Below are positions 58,481 to 64,000 of a DNA stretch of 64,000 bases, piece by piece. The notes below the pieces were generated by a model. That model was not told where the DNA came from and did not search any database. It was given only the letters and a program-made list of their open reading frames with translations. The DNA is from Octopus sinensis. Lineage: Eukaryota. Every line of letters starts with the position of its first letter. Position 1 is the first letter of the stretch. Both the position numbers and the translations under genes were made by a program. The stretch lies in contig NC_043022.1 in NCBI RefSeq assembly GCF_006345805.1, forward strand, positions 2,790,001-2,854,000, read 5' to 3'.

Positions 58481-60477
58481 TTCTCTGCACATTTTCAGTG
58501 TTATTTATTGCTCCCAAGCATCTGCCACATACAAAAACTATCCTCCCATTTAGCCTTCCTTTGATATTGCTGCACCTCTTATGTGTCCATAGCTTACACT
58601 GGGTACATCTTATATATATATATATATACTCTTTTACTTGTTTCAGTCATTTGACTGCGGCCATGCTGGAGCACCACCTTTAGTCGAGCAACTCGACCCC
58701 GGGACTTATTCTTTGTAAGCCCAGTACTTATTCTATCAGTCTCTTTTGCCGAACCACTAAGTGACGGGGACATAAACACACCAGCATCGGTTGTCAAGCA
58801 ATGCTAGGGGGACAAACACAGACACACACATGCATATATATATATATATATATATACATATATACGACGGGCTTCTTTCAGTTTCCGTCTACTAAATCCA
58901 CTCACAAGGCATTGGTCGGCCCGGGGCTATAGCAGAAGACACTTGCCCAAGATGCCACGCAGTGGGACTGAACCCGGAACCATGTGGTTGGTAAGCATAT
59001 AAATATATATATGTACTGGCCCCCGTGCCGGTGGCACGTAAAAAGCACATCCGATCGTGGCCGTTTGCCAACCTTGTCTGGCACCTGTGCTGGTGACACG
59101 TAAAAAGCACCCACTACACTCACAGAGTGGTTGGCGTTAGGAAGGGCATCCAGTTGTAGAAACACTGCCAGATCAGACTGGGCCTGGTTGCAGCCTTCTG
59201 GCCTCCCAGACCCCAGTTGAACCATCCAACCCATGCCAGCATGGAAAGCGGACGTTAAACGATGATATGATATGGGATGGATCTTTGCTAGTTTCAACTT
59301 TGTTTTCAGCTGAATTAGCCAGCAGATGGTTGAGTATTCCACAGAGATATACCTTTCACATAATCAAGTAAAATCAGTGCGAGTCAGGGTTAGCTGATGG
59401 AAGTGGACATCCCTGTGTGGTAACAGAAGAAACGTCACCTGGGTGAGTTGACAACATCGTTAATTAAGGTGTCTCCATTTAATCTGAGAGGCTGATTGAC
59501 GGACAAGATTACCTGGAAAAGCTTCAAGTTGATTGATTCGAAGCTACTTGGTGTGACTTGGTAGCACGTACCATTCTTTGACTAATTGTTTTAGGTGTTT
59601 ATGGAGTCCCAGATAGACTTAGGCACCCTCATAAGCCCTCCTGCCCTTGTTCAAGTAGAACATACAAAATGTGACAGCTGGATTAAAAGAGGGCCTGCAC
59701 CAGTTGTAATTGGCTACGGCTGAGTAGACTGGGGTAATGTGAAATGAAGTGCCTTGCCCAAGTGTAACCCGTCCACTTATGCGTGCCTTTCCTTCATTGG
59801 ACACTAATTTATCAGCCCCGAAAGAATGAAAGGTAAAGCCAACCTTGGTGGAATTTGAACTCAGTACAATGTGCTACTTGCTTAAGAAATTGAACCCATG
59901 ATGCTATGGTTGTAAGCCCAACCCCCTAACCACTAGGCTATACAACTTCACAAATCGGTGTTTTACGTACAAGAATTGTAGGGATTTCTAACAAAAGTCC
60001 TCAGATGTGGCCTGATTCTCCATCGGATGACAAGAGTCCCGGTTGATCTGATTAATGGAACAGCCTTTTTGTGAAATTAACATGTAAGTGGCTGAGTACT
60101 CCACAGACACTTATACCCTTGATGTAGTTCTCAATGTGATTCAGTGTGACAAGGCCAGCTCCCTGTGAATTACAGGTACAACTCATTTTCGCCAGCTGAG
60201 TGAAATAAAGTGTCTTGCTTTAGGACACAATGTGTTACCAGGAATCGAACTCAGGACCTTACGACTGTAAGGCAAACACCCTAACCACTAAGCCATGTGC
60301 CTTAAGGAATTAAGTCTCTTCTGTCAATTTCAATCATGTGCCTCAACATTCTACCTGGCAACAGGTGAGACGTATGAAGGAGTCGACTGATCTCAACACT
60401 CTGCAAAGAGGGTTTAGCTTCAAGAACAGCTTTTTGGAGGGTTTCAGGAAGATTGAATCATGAAATGGCTTCATGAT

Positions 60478-61400
60478 GATTGGTAGCTTAATTGGCAGTT
60501 TAATAGGCTGGTAGCTTAATTGGCAGTTTAATAGGCTGGTAGCTTAATTGGCAGTTTAATAGGCTGATATTTTAATTGGCAGTTTAATAGGCTGGTAGCT
60601 TAATAGGCTGATAGCTTAATTGGTAATTTAATAGGCTGGTGGCTTAATTGGCAGTTTAATAGGCTGATAGCTTAATTGGCAATTTCATAGGCTGGTGGCT
60701 TAATTGGCAGTTTAATAGGCTGATAGCTTAATTGGCAGTTTAATAGGCTGGTAGCTTAATTGGTAATTTAATAGGCTGGTGGCTTAATTGGCAGTTTAAT
60801 AGGCTGATAGCTTAATTGGCAGTTTAATAGGCTGGTGGCTTAATTTGTAGCTTAATTGGCAGTTTAATAGGCTGATAGCTTAATTGGCAGTTTAATAGGC
60901 TGATAGCTTAATTGGCAGCTTAATAGGCTGGTGGCTTAATTTGTAGCTTAATTGGCAGTTTAATAGGCTGGTAGCTTAATTGGCAGTTTAATAGGCTGAT
61001 AGCTTAATTGGCAGTTTAATAGGCTGGTGGCTTAATTTGTAGCTTAATTGGCAGTTTAATAGGCTGGTAGCTTAATTGGCAGTTTAATAGGCTGATAGCT
61101 TAATTGGCAGCTTAATAGGCTGGTGGCTTAATTGTAGCTTAATTGGCAGTTTAATAGGCTGGTAGCTTAATTGGCAGTTTAATAGGCTGATAGCTTAATT
61201 GGCAGCTTAATAGGCTGGTGGCTTAATTTGTAGCTTAATTGGCAGTTTAATAGGCTGGTAGCTTAATTGGCAGTTTAATAGGCTGATAGCTTAATTGGCA
61301 GCTTAATAGGCTGGTGGCTTAATTTGTAGCTTAATTGGCAGTTTAATAGGCTGGTAGCTTAATTGGCAGCTTAATAGGTTGGTAGCCAAACTGGCAGCTT
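60478..61400. repeat. Minisatellite: 28-bp unit (TAGCTTAATTGGCAGTTTAATAGGCTGR) evolving into a 96-bp higher-order repeat
   Basis: The marker GTGGCTTAAT(T)TG recurs at 60835, 60931, 61027, 61123, 61218 and 61314 (spacing 96, 96, 96, 95, 96). Confidence 0.95.
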
Positions 61401-64000
61401 AAAAGGCTAGTGTGGCTTGGTTGTGGTGTATGACAGCTTATCTAGAGATTTGGTTGGTTTTTGTATCCCCACCACATTACAAAGATAGAAGGCCATGTGT
61501 GGAAACCAAAATCCTGTTGAGTTGGTGTGGCTGTAAGATTAAAAAGTATGTCTTGAGTTCAGTCCCACCTCAGGCAACTGTCTTCTACAACAGTCCTGGG
61601 CCAAAGCTTTGTGAGTGGATTGGGTAGATGGAAAGCGCAAGAAGCTCGTCTTAGAGAAGCAGGCAGAGAAAATCCTGGCTGCATCAGGACAGCATCAAGG
61701 AATGGACATGTCACAACAGTGCCACCCAGAGGAGATGGCTGATTGGAAAAGCATCAAGAATGGTACCCCAATGGCTGGCTGCATCAGGTAAGAGAACATG
61801 ATCATGAGGATGTATATGGGTCGAGGTGAGGCTGTGAGGTAAGAGGTTTGATTCCCAACCACACGTTTTCCGTGCCGGTGGCACGTCAAAGCACCATCCG
61901 TTCGTGGCCGTTTGCCAGCTCTGTCTGGCTCCTGTGCCGGTGGCATGTAAAAAGCACCCACTACACTCACTGAGTGGTTGGTGTTAGGAAGGGCATCCAG
62001 CCGTAGAAACACTGCCAGATCAGACTGGGCCTGGTGCAGCCTTCCAGCTTCACAGACCCCTGTTGAACCGTCCAACCCATGCTAGCATGGAAAACGGACG
62101 CTAAATGATGATGATGATGATGATGGTTCCAGGTTCAGTCCCACTGCATGGCATCTTGGGCAAGTGTCTTTCTGCTACAGCCTCAGGCTGACCAAAGCCC
62201 TGTGATTGAATTTAGTAGAAGAAGACTGAATGAAGCCCATCATATATCTATATTTTTGTGTGTGTGTCTTTGATTCTCTTTTTTGTTTCTCCCCCCACCT
62301 CCACAACCGTTTGACAACCAGTGTTGGTGTGTTTACATCCCCATAACTTATCAGATGTTGATAGAATAAGTATCAGGCTCTGAAAATATAAACATAGGAG
62401 TGGCTGTGTGGTAAGAAGCTTGCTTTCCAACCACATGGTTCCAGGTTCAGTCCCACTGCATGGCACCTTGGGCAAGTGTCTTCTGCTATAGCTTCGGGCT
62501 GACCAAAGCCTTGTGAGTGGATTTGGTAGATGGAAACTGAAAGAAGCCTGTCATATATGTATATAAGTATATATTTGTGTGTGTCTGTGTTTGTCCCCAC
62601 TCCATTGTTTGACAACTGATGTCGATGTGTTTACGTCCCTGTAACTTAGCAGTTTGGCAAAAGAAACCGACAGAATAAGTGTTAGGCTTACAAAGAATAA
62701 GTCCTGGGGTCGATTCATTGACTAAAAAGGCAGTGTTCCAGCATGGCTGCAGCCAAATGACTGAAACAAGAAAAAGAATAAGTACTAGAGGGCCAATTCA
62801 CTTGACAAAAATTCTTCAAAGTGGTGCCCCAGCATGGCCACAGTCTAAAGACTGAAACAAATAAAAGACATGATTCCGGTTTATGCAAGCATGGAAAAAT
62901 GGAGACTAAACAATGATTACAACTTTTCATTTGGACAGCAAACCATTCCTTTATTCAAGAGAGAATGTTGGTTAGAGAAAGAGAATACTGTATTAGATTA
63001 ACCCTAGGATATTACTGGTTATATTAATGTTATTCACCTACATATTGACACCAAGAATGGATGAAAAGCAAAGCCAAGCCCTGCAGAAATTGAACCCAGA
63101 ACCGAATGAGATGTAGCTAAATGCTAATTCTATTATAGACATACCTTCAACTCTATTTCCCATATAATAATAATAATAATAATCATAATCATAATCATAA
63201 ATGCCCTGATGCAGTACCAGGCAGTGGCTCTCATGGCTTCTCATCTTAACTGATTGGAAGTGTTATCATGTACATTGTTTTGTCTTGGTACAAAAGATGG
63301 GCTACAGCAAATATTCTGCTCAATACCACAGATTTGCTTGTCAATTGTTTGACCATAACCAGTTGACCCTAGTGGCTGTTGACCTTAGTAGCTGTTGACC
63401 TTAGTGGCAGTTGACCTTAGTTGACTTTAGTTGACCCTTAGTGGCTGACGATATGTGCATCTCTGACCACAAGCAGAAATAGTGGGGGAGCATCATTGCC
63501 ATGTGTTAAAAGGGATTCTTTGGGGTTTGAATACTCGTACCCTAGTGTCACTTTGAAGGCATGCATTGCTCTCTCACTCAATAATAATAATGGTTTCAAA
63601 TTTTGCCACAAGGGCAGCAGTTTTGGGGGAGGGACTGAATTGATTACATTGACCCCAGTGTGTAACTGGTACTTATTTAATCGACCCCCAAATGGATAAC
63701 AGGCAAAGTCAATCTCAGTGGAATTTGAACTCAGAATGTAATCTGAATCGCTGTGAATCGAACTCTTGAACTTGCGACTGTGAGCCGAATGCCCTGACCA
63801 CTAAGCCATGCAACTTCACAGACCAGAAAGATCCAAAACTAAACACCACAAGGTATTTAATCCAAAGCACTAATGATTCCAGCAGTAATTATCTCTAACG
63901 ATCGTTATTAAATTATCTTGAGCCTGTGGGGTGAGAGAGGAGATTTCTTGATAATTTTCTTCTAGTCTTCTGAAAGACCCCCGCCACCATCACTACCATC

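Noticed and set aside
61640-61800. Exon-like purine-rich stretch ending in CAG|GTAAGA
   Set aside because: There is no acceptor or partner exon, and the peptide GRQRKSWL...IKEWT looks like a scrambled RTE C-terminal remnant.

Overview
This is eukaryotic, AT-rich, repeat-saturated DNA. It is most likely from a coleoid cephalopod (Octopus), inferred from my recognition of the SINE/LINE/MITE families and not from a database search. The only supportable gene is the 3' end of an MTMR3/MTMR4-like myotubularin on the + strand. Three GT-AG exons (5503-5748, 30211-30407, 43715-43913) splice in frame to 213 aa, comprising a coiled coil and a canonical 8-Cys FYVE finger. The introns are 24.5 kb and 13.3 kb, and there is a candidate alternative last exon at 46527-46662. 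The rest is interspersed repeats: tRNA/CORE-type SINEs, a second tRNA-SINE family, RTE-clade LINE fragments and 3'UTRs, TTAA-flanked piggyBac-type MITEs, Helitron/HINE-like elements and microsatellites. All long ORFs in the supplied track (up to 1511 aa) are artefacts of tandem repeats. The most unusual content is as follows. (1) The introns hold several Penelope-type hammerhead-ribozyme (HHR) motifs. Three of them sit in long inverted repeats with the antisense copy upstream, and one of these is fused to a tRNA-like Pol III head. (2) A 10.1-kb, 153 x 66-bp satellite has grown inside a LINE 3'UTR just downstream of the gene. (3) A 1.84-kb tandem duplication has a chimeric SINE at its junction. 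No rRNA, functional tRNA or CRISPR array is supported. RNA folds were done by eye and no ribozyme activity is demonstrated.
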